A stretch of 64,000 nt of DNA, from positions 1 through 64,000 of the forward strand of contig JAVECL010000020.1 in NCBI GenBank assembly GCA_051942245.1, given 5' to 3'. The first letter of the stretch is position 1. Each line of letters opens with the position of its first letter. Shown piece by piece: positions 24,882 through 37,546 of this stretch. The position numbers and the translations under genes were made by a program. A model generated the notes under the pieces. That model was not told the DNA's origin and did no database searches. It worked only from the letters and a program-made list of their open reading frames with translations. This DNA is from Trypethelium eluteriae. Its lineage: Eukaryota.

Positions 24882-26812
24882 TCAGCCGCTGAACTCCTTC
24901 ACATCGCTCGTCTTTCCCGGGACCAACGCCAATGGCACAATACCAGAGACGTGCATCTCGGGGCCGTAGACGTGCATGTTGAGTCCCAGCTCTTGACCAA
25001 CAGCCTTGATGTTCTTGAGGCCTTCCTGGTAGTTGGGCCCAGCGCGACGAACCCAGATTTGGACCTTGTGCTCGCTGAGCAAGGGAGCAACCTCGCGAAG
25101 CGCACGGATGACACCTTTGAATGTGGAAGCGACCTGGCCGTGCATGTTAGAACGTACAGAATGAATAGAAGGGGTGGGAAGATCTCTTCGGCTTACGTTG
25201 GTGAAGTTGGCAATGCCACCGCCAATGAACAAGACCTTGCCCTCTGGGTGCAGAGGCGCTCTGAGCATGAGATCGAGAACAGTCTTGGCGTAGTGGAATG
25301 TCTGCGTCTCGGTCGGGGCGCCAGAGTATTCTCCGTAATTGGCTAATTCACTTGCATAGCCAGCGGATGCGATGGCATCAGCGTAAACCACCGACGCACC
25401 ACCACCGGCGACAAGGGTCCAGACGCGCCCAGTTGGGTTGAGGATTGTGAGCTTGAGAGAGGCACCGGTCTTGGCGTCAAGGTCGGCAATGTAGGCCTCT
25501 TCTTTACTCATTTCCCGACCGAATGGGGCAGGGAATTCCATGGGTGGGCCTGCGTCAATATTGACTTTGGAATCTTTGGACGCAATGGTAGGAATGCCAA
25601 GAGCAACAGGACTTCGGGCAATAGCCCATTTCACACCACACTCGAACTCGGCGGTCTGGTCCAGCTTCGCGGCCAAGTCAAGGAAGTAAACTTCGGCGGA
25701 AGTGCCTTCCTTGTTTGGAATGACAACAAGAGGATTGATTTCCAGATAACTTGATTGATGTGTTAGTAGACGTATGGCAAACCGGGGGTGATAGCTTACG
25801 TGAATTGGCAGTCGACGTAGACAGCATAGAGTCGTGAGATAAAATCGACCAGAACATTGTGCACACCCTTCGGTACATTCTTGAGTAGCGTCGCGGCAAT
25901 CTGATCATTTGATGGATACTCTCCAAGATCCACAGGTATCAGAAGCTTCTGTGCCTTTGCATCAACGTCACCAACGTCGACACCACCCTCGTGGGTGAAC
26001 AGGATCCAGTCGCCCTAAGGTAATCTACGTTAGCCACGTGACCTTGTGTGGAACTTTTCTCAAAGGATCATTGCCGACTAGGGTAATGCATGCGGGTAGA
26101 TCCGCATAGATCCGGAAGAATGAACAAAAGGGAGGAAAGGTGGGATGGTGTCTGGGCCAGGAGTGGGAACACCGGAAGGTGGGTTTGGGGGGCGGGTCCG
26201 ATCGCTCTTCCTTTCGCCCGCCGTTTGCTCGGCCTGTTAAAAAGACCGAGACGCACTTTTTTATTTGAACACCCAAACAAATGCGACTTTCCTCCACACG
26301 CGAGAAAAAAACAACAAATCCCGCAAGATTTCTGAAACGGATAAAAGAAACAAAGCTTTTTCAGATCTTACCTCACGGACAGAGTTGATGTTGATATAAT
26401 ACTCTGTGTCAGAAGGGTGTGGGACGAAGGGCTCGACCAGGAACTGCCTCAGCACGCCATCCACAGTCTCGACCTTTTGTACCTTGCCAGCTCTGGCTTC
26501 AATCCATTCCCTCGCCTCCGGCCATGTTTTGTTCAAGGCCAAGAGACCGCTCTTGCCCCTACGCTTGATCAATTGGTCGGGCTTTGCAACGAACTTTGCA
26601 TCCCTGGCTAAGAGCCATGGGTAAGTCACCTCGGCTTGGTCCAGCACGGCTGTAACAGGCGCATCCTCCGGAAAGTACAATGAAGCGAGTCGTGCTGCAG
26701 GATTATGCGTCGCTTGAGGGGGAAGAGGTGTGGGTTTGATGACCGGTGCTCGCGTGAGGTGGTAGTTCAAGATGGCCTTGCCATCAGCCTCCAGGATAGC
26801 CTTTGCGGACAT
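24882..26812 (-). CDS. acl2: ATP-citrate lyase subunit 2 (N-terminal, ATP-grasp half)
   Basis: [52 protein letters not shown] and GGIANFTNV. Introns 26015-26371, 25750-25799 and 25134-25196. Confidence 0.97.
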
Positions 26813-26842
26813 GTTGAAGGTTCTAGTCGGTTGGGATAAGAG

Positions 26843-27109
26843 CTGCGAGAGTGGATGACAAGGTCAGTCGAATGCGGTGACGGAGTTTGAGTTACGGAGG
26901 AAAGAGAAGATTCGGATAAGAAGGGCACGATTGCTAGCAAGGGGGTACAACGAGGAGCGCCAACAAGAGAAGCTCAGCAGGCTAATTGCGCTAAAGTCGG
27001 TGAATTGAGAATACGGATGGAATATTGAAAAAAAAAAAATCCGAGAGCTGTCGGATGATTGAGCCTCAGCCCGGCGGAACCCCGGAAAAGACCCTGACGA
27101 TTTACGCAC
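26843..27109 (-). other. Predicted 5'UTR intron of acl2
   Basis: AG|GTGCGT donor at 27109, pyrimidine-rich body, ACTGAC branch and CGCAG acceptor at 26843, 30 nt upstream of the ATG. Confidence 0.6.
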
Positions 27110-27954
27110 CTAAGGGATGAGAGTCGAGAGGATTTGGCAACGCCGGTGTATAATCCGAAGGTCGTGACGAAGACAAGACTCAAAGCAGGAGGAGCGGCAA
27201 TAGCCAAGTGAAGGCAATTATCGAGGACCAAAGTGGGTTTGTTGGAGCAGAATGAAGGTGAGCGCAGAATGCTGAGAATGAGCTGGTGAGGATTGCTGAG
27301 CTTCGCAGTGCTGCCCGAGCGCCGCCGCCCGCCAAAAATTGCTGCTGCGGGAGCACTAAGTCTCTTTCAGACTAGGCGCGGAGATCAAGTAGTACAATGA
27401 CCGCACAACCACGGTAAACCACCAGAAGGTTCGGTGAGACCGTGGAACTGCTCGAAACGCGTACGGCAGCGATCCGGGGTGGCCGGCCCGTTACCCTCTA
27501 CAAAATCACTCTGAATCACTCAAATGACGCCTAGAATCAATTGGAAACAGGTGTCGAGCGCGTGTACCTGGGGAGAGAGTGCTATCGGTGCTCCGTCAAT
27601 GATCGGAATCCGAAACAAAAAGAAGCACGAGGTGGTTGCAAGCCTGGGGAGCCGGCTATGCAGCTCAGGCCGTGAGAGCGAGTGCGCAGGGATCGGATGG
27701 GCTGCGAGACCCACCGAGACCCCAACTTCACGGCTCCCGGACGCTAAGGGATTAGCGCTTGCCAGTCCTCATCAGAATTCCGACGCCCGGAAAGCTCCCA
27801 GCTGCGAACCTTTCTCTTTCGCCAACCACGTTTTCGTTCTTCTCCTGCAACTGCAATCGCTCCTCTATCTCAAATTCCAGACGCGAAGTGATTGAAAGAT
27901 CATCGCAGTAGCTATCTGCAGAACATTGTGTGGCTACCCGCCCTTGTTCCTGGG

Positions 27955-28096
27955 GTGAGTACATCTCCGTGTCTACTGCTTACGGAGTTTTTTTCACGCA
28001 CACGACGTCTTCTCATCCCGACTCACACCTGTTTCCCTCATGCTGTGATCTTCTTCGCACGTTCTTAGACAGTGTCTTGCTAATATCGACTCATAG
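27955..28096 (+). other. Predicted 5'UTR intron of acl1
   Basis: GTGAGT donor at 27955, GCTAAT branch and CATAG acceptor at 28096, 50 nt upstream of the ATG. Confidence 0.65.
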
Positions 28097-28146
28097 AAAT
28101 TGACGTTACTCTGCGCTGCCCCGATCCCCCTGAATCCGCTGTCATT

Positions 28147-30374
28147 ATGCCTTCCGCCGTCCCCGTCACCAACGGCACCTCAGCCCCTGCCAATGGGGTC
28201 AATGGAGCGCCCGGTCTGTCTGCCAACGACAACATCACTCGATTTGCTGCTCCTAGTCGACCTCTGAGTCCTCACGCGGCACACACTCTTTTCCACAACA
28301 AGACGAGATGCTTCGTCTAGTCAGTACTCCTTCCCACTTGCCAGTTTTGGAAGCTCTGCTGATACCTTCAACAGCGGCCTCCAACCTCGCGCTGTGCAAG
28401 GCATGCTCGACTTCGATTTCATCTGCAAGCGAAAAACTCCCTCGGTCGCCGGTATCATTTACACATTCGGCGGCCAATTCGTTAGCAAGATGTAAGCATG
28501 CAGCTGAACAATCCTCTCCCCGAACAGTCCTAACGTTTGTCCTTGTTAGGTACTGGGGTACGAGCGAGACCTTGCTCCCTGTCTATCAGTCTGTGGAGAA
28601 AGCCATGGCTAAACACAATGACGTTGATACTGTCGTCAACTTTGCTTCATCTCGAAGTGTCTATCAATCTACCATGGAGCTCATGAACTACCCCCAGATT
28701 CGATCAATCGCGATTATCGCCGAAGGTGTACCTGAGAGAGTAAGCCTGCTTGTCTTTTATTATAGTGTATCACGTTCTGATTGTTCTAGCGCGCCCGTGA
28801 AATCTTGTTCGTCGCCAAGAAGAAAGGAATTACCATCATCGGTCCTGCCACCGTAGGTGGCATCAAACCAGGCGCATACAAAATTGGCAACACTGGTGGG
28901 ATGATGGACAACATCGTAGCCTCTAAGCTTTACCGAAAGGGTTCTGTGGGCTACGTCTCTAAGTCCGGCGGTATGTCCAACGAGTTGAACAACATCGTTT
29001 CCAACACTACCGACGGTGTCTGTGAGGGTATTGCCATAGGAGGCGATCGCTACCCTGGAACTACCTTTATTGACCACATGCTCCGTTTCCAAGAAGATCC
29101 AAATATCAAGATCCTTTTGTTGCTTGGAGAAGTCGGTGGTGTTGAAGAATACCGAGTCATTGAGGCTGTCAAGGCCGGCCGCATCACCAAACCTATTGTG
29201 GCCTGGGCCATCGGTACTGTAGCTGGCATGCTGAAGACGGAAGTGCAATTTGGCCATGCAGGCTCGTTTGCCAACTCCCAGCTTGAGACCGCGGCAATGA
29301 AGAACAAATCAATGAAGGAAGCTGGCATCTTTGTGCCCAACACTTTCGAAGAGCTTCCCCAAGTTCTCGCTCAAGTCTACCAGAAACTTGTCAAGGACGG
29401 CACAATTAAACCAGAGGCGGAGCCAGTAGTGCCTAAGATCCCCATCGACTACTCCTGGGCTCAGGAGCTTGGTCTTATCCGTAAGCCGGCCGCCTTCATC
29501 TCCACCATTTCCGACGATCGTGGTCAAGAATTGCTCTATGCGGGATTGCCAATCTCCGATGTTTTCAAGGACAACATTGGCATTGGCGGTGTCATGTCGC
29601 TCTTGTGGTTCAGGCGCCGCCTGCCAGACCACGCCAGCCGCTTTTTAGAGATGGTCTTGATGTTGACCGCCGATCACGGTCCGGCTGTTTCTGGCGCAAT
29701 GAACACCATCATTACTACCAGAGCAGGCAAAGACTTGATCAGCGCCCTTGTAAGCGGTCTTTTGACCATTGGCTCTCGATTTGGTGGTGCTCTTGACGGC
29801 GCGGCCGAAGAATTCACTCGAGCATACGACAAGGGCCTCAGCCCTCGTGACTTCGTCGATAACATGAGGAAGGAAAACAAACTCAGTAAGTCTCCTACCT
29901 GCACATTGGGTGTCATCAATACTGACTATGAAAGTCCCCGGAATTGGCCACAGGATCAAGTCGAGAAATAACCCTGACCTTCGCGTGGAGCTTGTCAAGG
30001 AATTCGTCAAGAAGAACTTTGTCAACAGCCCCCTTCTCGACTACGCTCTAGCCGTGGAAACAGTCACAACCTCGAAGAAGGACAACCTCATCCTGAACGT
30101 TGATGGGTGTGTGGCTGTTTGCTTTGTTGACCTTTTGCGCAACTGTGGCGCTTTCAGCGCTGAGGAGGCCGAAGACTACCTCAAGATGGGTGTCCTGAAC
30201 GGATTGTTCGTGCTCGGCCGCAGCATTGGTCTCATTGCCCACTTCCTCGACCAGAAGCGACTCCGGACCGGTCTTTACCGACATCCGTGGGATGACATTA
30301 CCTATCTCCTACCGAACCTTGCTGGCGGCAGCGGTGCACCCGGCTCAGAAGGACGTGTGGAGGTCACTATGTAA
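28147..30374 (+). CDS. acl1: ATP-citrate lyase subunit 1 (C-terminal, CoA-binding/citryl-CoA lyase half)
   Basis: [26 protein letters not shown] (phospho-His), [21 protein letters not shown] and LYRHPWDDI. Introns 28320-28374, 28492-28549, 28740-28789 and 29886-29934. Divergent from acl2, the known arrangement in filamentous ascomycetes. Confidence 0.97.
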
Positions 30375-31002
30375 AAGCTGTATTCTTGTTTTCCTTAAAC
30401 TGCTTGGAAGGCTTGCTTGGTGTAAGCATTTTGTGGACGATTGTGATCTTTCGGGCCGGTGGAGTTGTTGTTGAGTGCCATTTTTTACTGATAGAGCAGG
30501 CTGTTCCAGTCCTGCAGCGATAACGCAATTCTTGGCTGACTCACACGGTTGGCCCGACGAAATAATATGATTGGAAATTTGAATCCGATCGAGATGCCTT
30601 GAGAGTGAATAAAGCCGAGTGAATGAGCTCATCGTGTCATGACAGTCGGGTGGCTGCCCCACTAAGAATCATTATCAACTGGGGCGGGGCGTGCTTCCGT
30701 GCACCCCCGCTTCCTATCGTGCAATGCGTGCCTGCCAGAGAAGGCAATGTAAGGTGGCACGGATAATTAGCTCAAGGGTCGCGCCCTCGTGGCGGACCTA
30801 GATCGGGCGTTCGCGCAAGATGCAGATAAGAACGTGCTCATCAAGGTTCATAGGAGCTCTCGCTCGAAGCTGATCCTTTACAGCACCTCAATCAAGTTTG
30901 AGCTGGCCAAGCTCGCATCCCTTGGTTTGTAGCGCTTACCAAAGCTGGCAATCATTTGATTGCAGGCTTTCCAAAAGTTTCCCCAAGATCTCTACATTTA
31001 CG

Positions 31003-32850
31003 ATGCTGAGGCTGAAGTCCATTGCTGCGGCGCTTTGCCTTTTCATCTCTCATGGCCGTCATCTTGTACAAGCCCAGGTCGTTCAGTACAACGAAACCAC
31101 TCTGGCATCTGTAGTCTTCATCCGTACTGGCGATCATACGCCTTTCTTTCTGGGAACTGACTCAACAAGGCTCACTTCGAGTGGAGCTCAGCAGCTTTAT
31201 AGTGCTGGTGGTTTCTTTCGATCACGGTATATCTCCAGCACTGGTAATACAACCGCGTCCTCTCCCGTTCAAGATGTAGCCCCAATTCCAGGACTCTCAG
31301 CGGAAGCATTGGACAACGAACAGCTTTTCTTCCTTGCTCACGAAGACAATGTCATGCTTGTTACGGCGGAAGCCTTTGCACAAGGCCTATACCCACCGTC
31401 GCCACTCAGCGCAAACGGTAGCAGTGCACTCCTCGACCCTTCCTCCATTATAGCGAACAATACCTTCACATCCAGTCCCGTCTCTAATTACCAATATGTC
31501 GCTATTGGGTCGACGAACAACGACGATCCCACCTCCATCATCCTGGCAGGCAACAATAATTGCCCAGCTTGGCAATCAGCATTGAACTCATACACCTCCT
31601 CCGCAGCATTCGCAGAGCAGACGAATACAAGCCAAGGCTTATACCTCACTGTAGGATCCGAAGTCCTCAACGGTGTGCTCGATCCCTCAGAATGGGACTA
31701 TACGAACGCCTACCCCATCTACGATTACGTCATGTACCAAGCCAACCACAACCACACCGTCGCCGCCTGGGCCAACTCCACAACCTACAACGGCGAGAAC
31801 ATCCTCGTCCAGCTCCGCGCTCTCGCCTCCCAGCAGCTGTGGGAGCTCAACAGCCCCGATGCAGCAGCTCAATTCCAGGACGCCAACGCCCCGAAACCTA
31901 TCTTCTCCGTCTCCGGCGCCACAGTCGCCATGTCCGTCCTCGACATCCTCCAGCAGACCGTCTCGACCCAAGGCGGAGGCGCACAGAGGCTCAGCGTCTT
32001 CGTCGGCGACGTCGAGCCTTTCCTCGGCTTCGCGTCCGTCTCGCAGCTCGCATCGCGCTCACCGGCGTTCCAGGGCCTCCCGGGCTACGGCGCCGCGATG
32101 GTGTGGGAGCTGTATAGCGTGGAGGACATCGCTAGTGGTGGAGATGATGGCTCTTCGTCGTCTGCTTTTCCCAGCACGGATGATCTCTGGGTGCGATTCT
32201 TGTTCCGCAACGGTTCGGACCAGCTCGGTCCTGGGGACGAGGAGTTGCTGGAGTATCCGTTGTTTGGCCGGGATCCAGATCAGACGGAGATGAAGTGGAC
32301 TGATTTTGAGGAGTTGATGGGGGGCATCGCGGTGGCGAGTCCGTATGATTGGTGCACTCGCTGCGATGCGCAGACGCTGTTCTGCCTTGGCATCAATGCG
32401 TTGGCGTCGAATGGTGCAGCTGGTGGTAGTGGCCTCTCCAACGCTGTTGCAGGTGTCATCGGCGCAGCCGTGACAATTGGCGTGATTTTGATACTTGCAC
32501 TCATTGCGTTTGTGGCTGGAGGTCTGCGACTACACACTGTCCGTTCGCCATTGATCGCTTTAGTAAGCGGGAGGAAACGAAGCGTAATCAAGAGATCTAC
32601 GGGCCCACCAAGCTCGAACGCTCCCGACTCTGAGGGGTCGCTTCCTCAGGATAACAAACATGAGTCTCTACAGTCTGCTGTTACGGCCGTGAACGAACCG
32701 CGCGACGAGTCTGACCGGGTCCGCATTATTGGTCATTCAAAAGGCGAAAGCTGGGAGATGACGAGCGTTAGACGGCTCAGCTTGGAAGAGGATGATAAGG
32801 ATAAGGTCGATGAGATGGCGAAACCAGTTGAAGCGAGGGAAAGCGTATGA
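31003..32850 (+). CDS. Histidine acid phosphatase-fold type I membrane protein (active site degenerate)
   Basis: Signal peptide from ATG 31003; RTGDHTP at the RHGxRxP position, LTSSGAQQLY, AFAQGLYPP, VRFLFRNG; C-terminal TM. Confidence 0.85.
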   Translation: MLRLKSIAAALCLFISHGRHLVQAQVVQYNETTLASVVFIRTGDHTPFFLGTDSTRLTSSGAQQLYSAGGFFRSRYISSTGNTTASSPVQDVAPIPGLSAEALDNEQLFFLAHEDNVMLVTAEAFAQGLYPPSPLSANGSSALLDPSSIIANNTFTSSPVSNYQYVAIGSTNNDDPTSIILAGNNNCPAWQSALNSYTSSAAFAEQTNTSQGLYLTVGSEVLNGVLDPSEWDYTNAYPIYDYVMYQANHNHTVAAWANSTTYNGENILVQLRALASQQLWELNSPDAAAQFQDANAPKPIFSVSGATVAMSVLDILQQTVSTQGGGAQRLSVFVGDVEPFLGFASVSQLASRSPAFQGLPGYGAAMVWELYSVEDIASGGDDGSSSSAFPSTDDLWVRFLFRNGSDQLGPGDEELLEYPLFGRDPDQTEMKWTDFEELMGGIAVASPYDWCTRCDAQTLFCLGINALASNGAAGGSGLSNAVAGVIGAAVTIGVILILALIAFVAGGLRLHTVRSPLIALVSGRKRSVIKRSTGPPSSNAPDSEGSLPQDNKHESLQSAVTAVNEPRDESDRVRIIGHSKGESWEMTSVRRLSLEEDDKDKVDEMAKPVEARESV

Positions 32851-35498
32851 TTATCTTTCTGATTTGGTTGCGATGAACTATCCCTGTGCCATAGCCCTGG
32901 CACTATGATTTGTTTAGACGTTTACTAGGAATGTCAATGTAGCTATATTCGCTTAGAAGTCAACATTTTCACTTTACGAAGGTGTCGCTTTCCGGGATCT
33001 GCTGTGTTACGGCATCTGCAAGTCAACTTCTAGCTTGCCAGGATAAAAACGAGAACGAGAGCATGTAGAATGATGAGCAGATTCGAGGCACTTTGCACAG
33101 TACGCGGTTCAGTAGACTAGAGATACAGTGCCGCATCGACCCGAAACAATCAGCGCCACGAGGATACAAAGCGAAGGGCCATAAATGGTAACTGAATGAG
33201 ATGCAGCTCTGTTGCAATTTGGAATAGGATAGTGAACCAGAGTTGCGGGTTAGAGTTGCCTCGAAGCCTGGAAACATAGCTGTGGTCCTTAATGGGATGT
33301 ATTGACTTAAGTACACTGCCAGACTTTGGCTAACTATCAGGCGACGAGGGAGTCAACGGTCTAGATGCTTATGTCAGAGAGACAAAAGCTATCGGCCATG
33401 TCCACGAGGCCATCAAGTTGACAAGCTAATGATCGTATGTAGTTAGCTGTGAGATGGCGTTTTGAATTTACTTGCCGAAGAGGACTATTGAAAGAAGGCG
33501 TAAAATACAGACTGGCTTCGGTCACACTTTCTCTAGATACCACAACAATAGAATCTTGACAACCAGTATCTTGGCAGTTGGTGGAGATCAGACCGGTGTC
33601 GTGCCGAGCTTGGCTCGTGGCTTGCGTTAACAGCCGACTGCTGAGCAGCTATGGAGACAACAATAAGCAAAACGCACCTTTCGCACCCAAGTTATCATCA
33701 TGTCTGCCATACGTGAAGCTGAAATTGAGTTCTGAGCTTATTTGAGAATCAGGTGGCCATACAGTACGTATCGTTCAATATGAACTTTGGTTGTGTCACT
33801 TCCGCCCTATAGTATCAGGTCGATATATGTAATAATCGTCAGGGAGGCATTGCGGAACACGTGGGAGGAAATTTTTGTCGAGAGGATTCTAGGTAACTTT
33901 ATACCGTCTATTGATCTCAAGCCCCAAACATCATCGATTAGTCTGACGGGTGAAGTAGGCTGAACGACGCTTCATCGTGGACACACAAGCGAAGACGGGC
34001 GTGAGTTGGTTTTCTCCTTGGCAATAAAGATACGGAGCGGGCTTGAATTAGCTGAGGTACACTATTGGCAGTGACCGATTTTCAAACCCGTTGGAGCGGC
34101 ACCCCATAAATCGAAATCAGTTAATGCAGACTAGCCAGCTCAAGAAAATGATGATAGACAGGAGATAGATTGCTTTGCCGTCGGAAAGGATGGTAGGTTT
34201 GATGACGGAGTGACAGCTCAGACGGCCTCAGACGGACTCACTCGGTGGGCGGGCCGAGCTGCAAATGGCAAGTGACGGTGTACCGTACAGTGTATCGTAC
34301 AGTGTATACATCGATTGAAATTGTTCCGGAATCCAGAAAGCTGGATTCTGCCCAGTCCAGCGCTGCATCTGGCAGGCTAATGAAACCCTTGACCGTCAGC
34401 CATTCGCCGCATGATCTGCCATCTTACCTGCTATGCATCTCAGACGCAAACGCTAACATCGCCATTTCCTTATTTTGACGTGATGCGCCCTTCAGCCCTG
34501 TGAGCACCGACTGCTATCTGGCGCGATATCAAGCGATCTTGATCCTCGTCAGAAATAGCGAGATCAGCGTAGGAAGCCGTGAAAGGTTTCCACCGACTAT
34601 TCGGACATTTGTGAGGGGAGCCCTCCGAACTATACCTAGTATGTTCTCCAACAACCAATTGAGTCCAGCAGAAACTCTCCATCACTGATGACACGACTCC
34701 GCTCCTCGCCCTGTCCGCTCTGAATTTCAAGATCTATTGGATTTTCCTGACCGGTGTGGCAACTTCTGCTGTCTCTCGGGCTGACAGCGGCCAACGGCCC
34801 GACTCACTCTGATCATGCTACAGCGCAAAATCCACAGCTATCAATGGAGGAGAGGGCAATAATAACGGCGGCAACATGGCGGCTGCGCCTCTTCTGCGCC
34901 GCTTTAGCGCATGCAGATGAAGACGAGGAAAGCCGCGTGCACGCATCGCCAAGTGCTACTTAATTATGAATGGGTGTGAGAGCAGTCAGCGGCCAAGACA
35001 AACCTAACAGGCCGCTCCGCCGTGACTAAAACGAGCAAAGCAACACGTCGAAACACTGAGTTGCGGTGGGGATAACCTCTTCTTTCCGAAAAGCTCTGCT
35101 ATTTACGGCACGGGAAGACAAGGGCGACGGCTCGTAATTGGGCGTCTTCTGACTCGTGTCTTTCAGGACATCCATCGCGGCGGCGATCCCCCAATATTGC
35201 TTACCGTTCAACAGGCTTTCACTATGTTTCTGCCTCGTGCAAAACACCGATCTTGCTACCTGGTGTCGCCTCATCCTCGTCCCGTATGGGGATCCTGTCG
35301 GTCATCGTATCCACCTCTTGGGCTCTTAGCCTCATCAGCTCGTGGTCACCAAGTCCGAGCACTCGGCTCATCATGGCATCTGTTTTGGGTGTTCATCCAA
35401 TTCCTAGTAGGTATACATATGGAGAGCCCTCTCACTGAATTCTGGTACCTTTACGCTGTCCCTCTCGTGCCTCACCTTTTCGTCTTTTTGCCGTCGTC

Positions 35499-36810
35499 AT
35501 GTTCTCTCGTTCTTTTGGTCTGCCTCTGGCGGCCTCTGCTCTCTTTGCCTTCACAGCATTAGCGGCAGACAATGCAACAATTGACAATCCCAACTCAGTC
35601 TGCTATTCATTTGGTATCGATTTCGTTGATGGTGGCTCGTACTTTATCAACACCAACTCCAATGATAATTTCACTTGTGTCTCCCAATTCGAGGGCTGTA
35701 ACTCTGATGTTGCCGATATTATTCTCCAAGACCCTAATGGCAATGACTACGACTGTGGGACCGTGCCTACAACACCTGATGACGTCTCCGAAATGGCAAC
35801 CTGTGCGATTACCAAATCACAGATCTTTACTGGCGAATGGATTATCTTCATCCTAGGTAAACGCACTAATACTCTTTCCGACTCGTGGTTATTAATGCTT
35901 GATTAAAGGGAATAACTTGGACGGCAACCCATTTGCTTACCAGCGTAACATTAACTTGACTGCCGGTCCTCAACAAACTGTCACGACAACGAGCACGGTG
36001 GTATTCACTTCGACCATCACGCCTAATGTCACCTCTACTTCTGTAGGTTCATGATCTAATTTTGCTTAAGATCTGTTTCTAATGGGCTTGATTTAGACTA
36101 CCTACACGACAATCACATCCAGCTTCCCTGCCTCAACAACCATTACTGAGCCAGCCACCACCGCCAGTAACGAGGTGACAGTGTATCCCAAGCCTACGAC
36201 AATCTCGGTCGAGTCGACGCTTACGAGAACCAAAGTCGTGCTTACGAAGACGCTGGAAACCACCACTGTGACAGTGACTCCATCTTGCACTATTCCTTCC
36301 AAGCCCGCCTGGGGCGACCCAACTTGCACTCGTTCTCAGACTTTGGTGCCATGGCCCTCGGGCATTCACCTCGACCTCAAGAGGGAAGTCGATGTGCACG
36401 CAAACAAGAGGCGATTCCCTGGCCAGTACCCAAGCGAGAACCAAGTATACGAGCGAGACTTGGTGGCGCGTAGCGCTGATGCTCCGACTGTCACTGTCGT
36501 GGCACCCATCCCAGTCAACAGCACCACGACAGTCACGGGACCAGCTACTACTTTTGTTGTTCCCACGACTGTCACCAGCACTGTCTCAGTCACTGCTCCT
36601 CCTGCCACGGTACTTTCGGGCACCTACACGTCTACCATCACGGAGCCTACGCCCACTCGTACAAAGGTCTCGTACACGGCCAGCACAATCACCTCAACAA
36701 AGACTGTCTCCCTCATCTTCACCTACACGACCAGCGTCACTCCAACAGCATCGGTACACGCATGCAAGGAGCAGGGTGGTCACTTTACCTGGCCCCACAG
36801 ATGGTGGTAA
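35499..36810 (+). CDS. Secreted Thr-rich protein with Cys-containing N-terminal domain
   Basis: Signal peptide, CYSFGIDFVDGGSYFIN domain, Thr-rich stalk and KR dibasic sites. Introns 35857-35908 and 36043-36096 keep the frame. Confidence 0.85.
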
Positions 36811-37546
36811 ATGTTATACGGTATTTCAAATAATGTAATGTTGCTTGTCAAATGACAATCTCGTATCTGTCGGTCATGCATTAGTATCTTTTCATTATAC
36901 CATCGGGGGCCTCGGGACTAAAGGGGGTGGCGGTATATGGCTACATCGCCTATAAAAGAGGCGCAAATATCTAGGGCAGAGTCTGCCTTGATGCATGTTA
37001 TCTTCTGTTTTATCTATGGGTCTTGGATTGGACTGGGAACGTCCCGGAATTGGAAAGGCTTATGGTGAGCACATAAGGACTATTCCATAATGTTTTAAAG
37101 TAAATGTCGATGTCGTCAATATCTCCAACTATTGTGAGCTTATACTCAGTTGTGTCTACAATGGACTTCTCAATCATACGTGGAGACGCCATGTTACTTG
37201 TCATGCTTTTCAATGTAGTTGTAGAAGAGCCAAAGCCTGATCTTGGTAGACCCACTCAGTGAACGAGCCCCCCTGCAATATCTACTGCAACTTCCGCGGA
37301 TGGCCTCCATGACGCAGTGACATTGTAGGCTTTGACACAAAATATATTTGATATTACAACAATCTTTCAAGTAGTTTGCATTGTCCTGGGCTACGGATCA
37401 AGAGTAGAGATTTTGAATAGACTGACTAGATACAACGAAGAAGTTTAACGCTTGACAACGATGCAAATGCTCGGGGTAACGCCACCTTCTTGATTGCTGG
37501 CTCATTGATGGTACAGATCCAAAGGGCTTATTTCGAAGTCGCCGGT

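Noticed and set aside
25134..25196. 21-aa insertion in Acl2 shown in the ORF track
   Set aside because: It is a 63-nt stop-free GT-AG intron; removing it restores [15 protein letters not shown].
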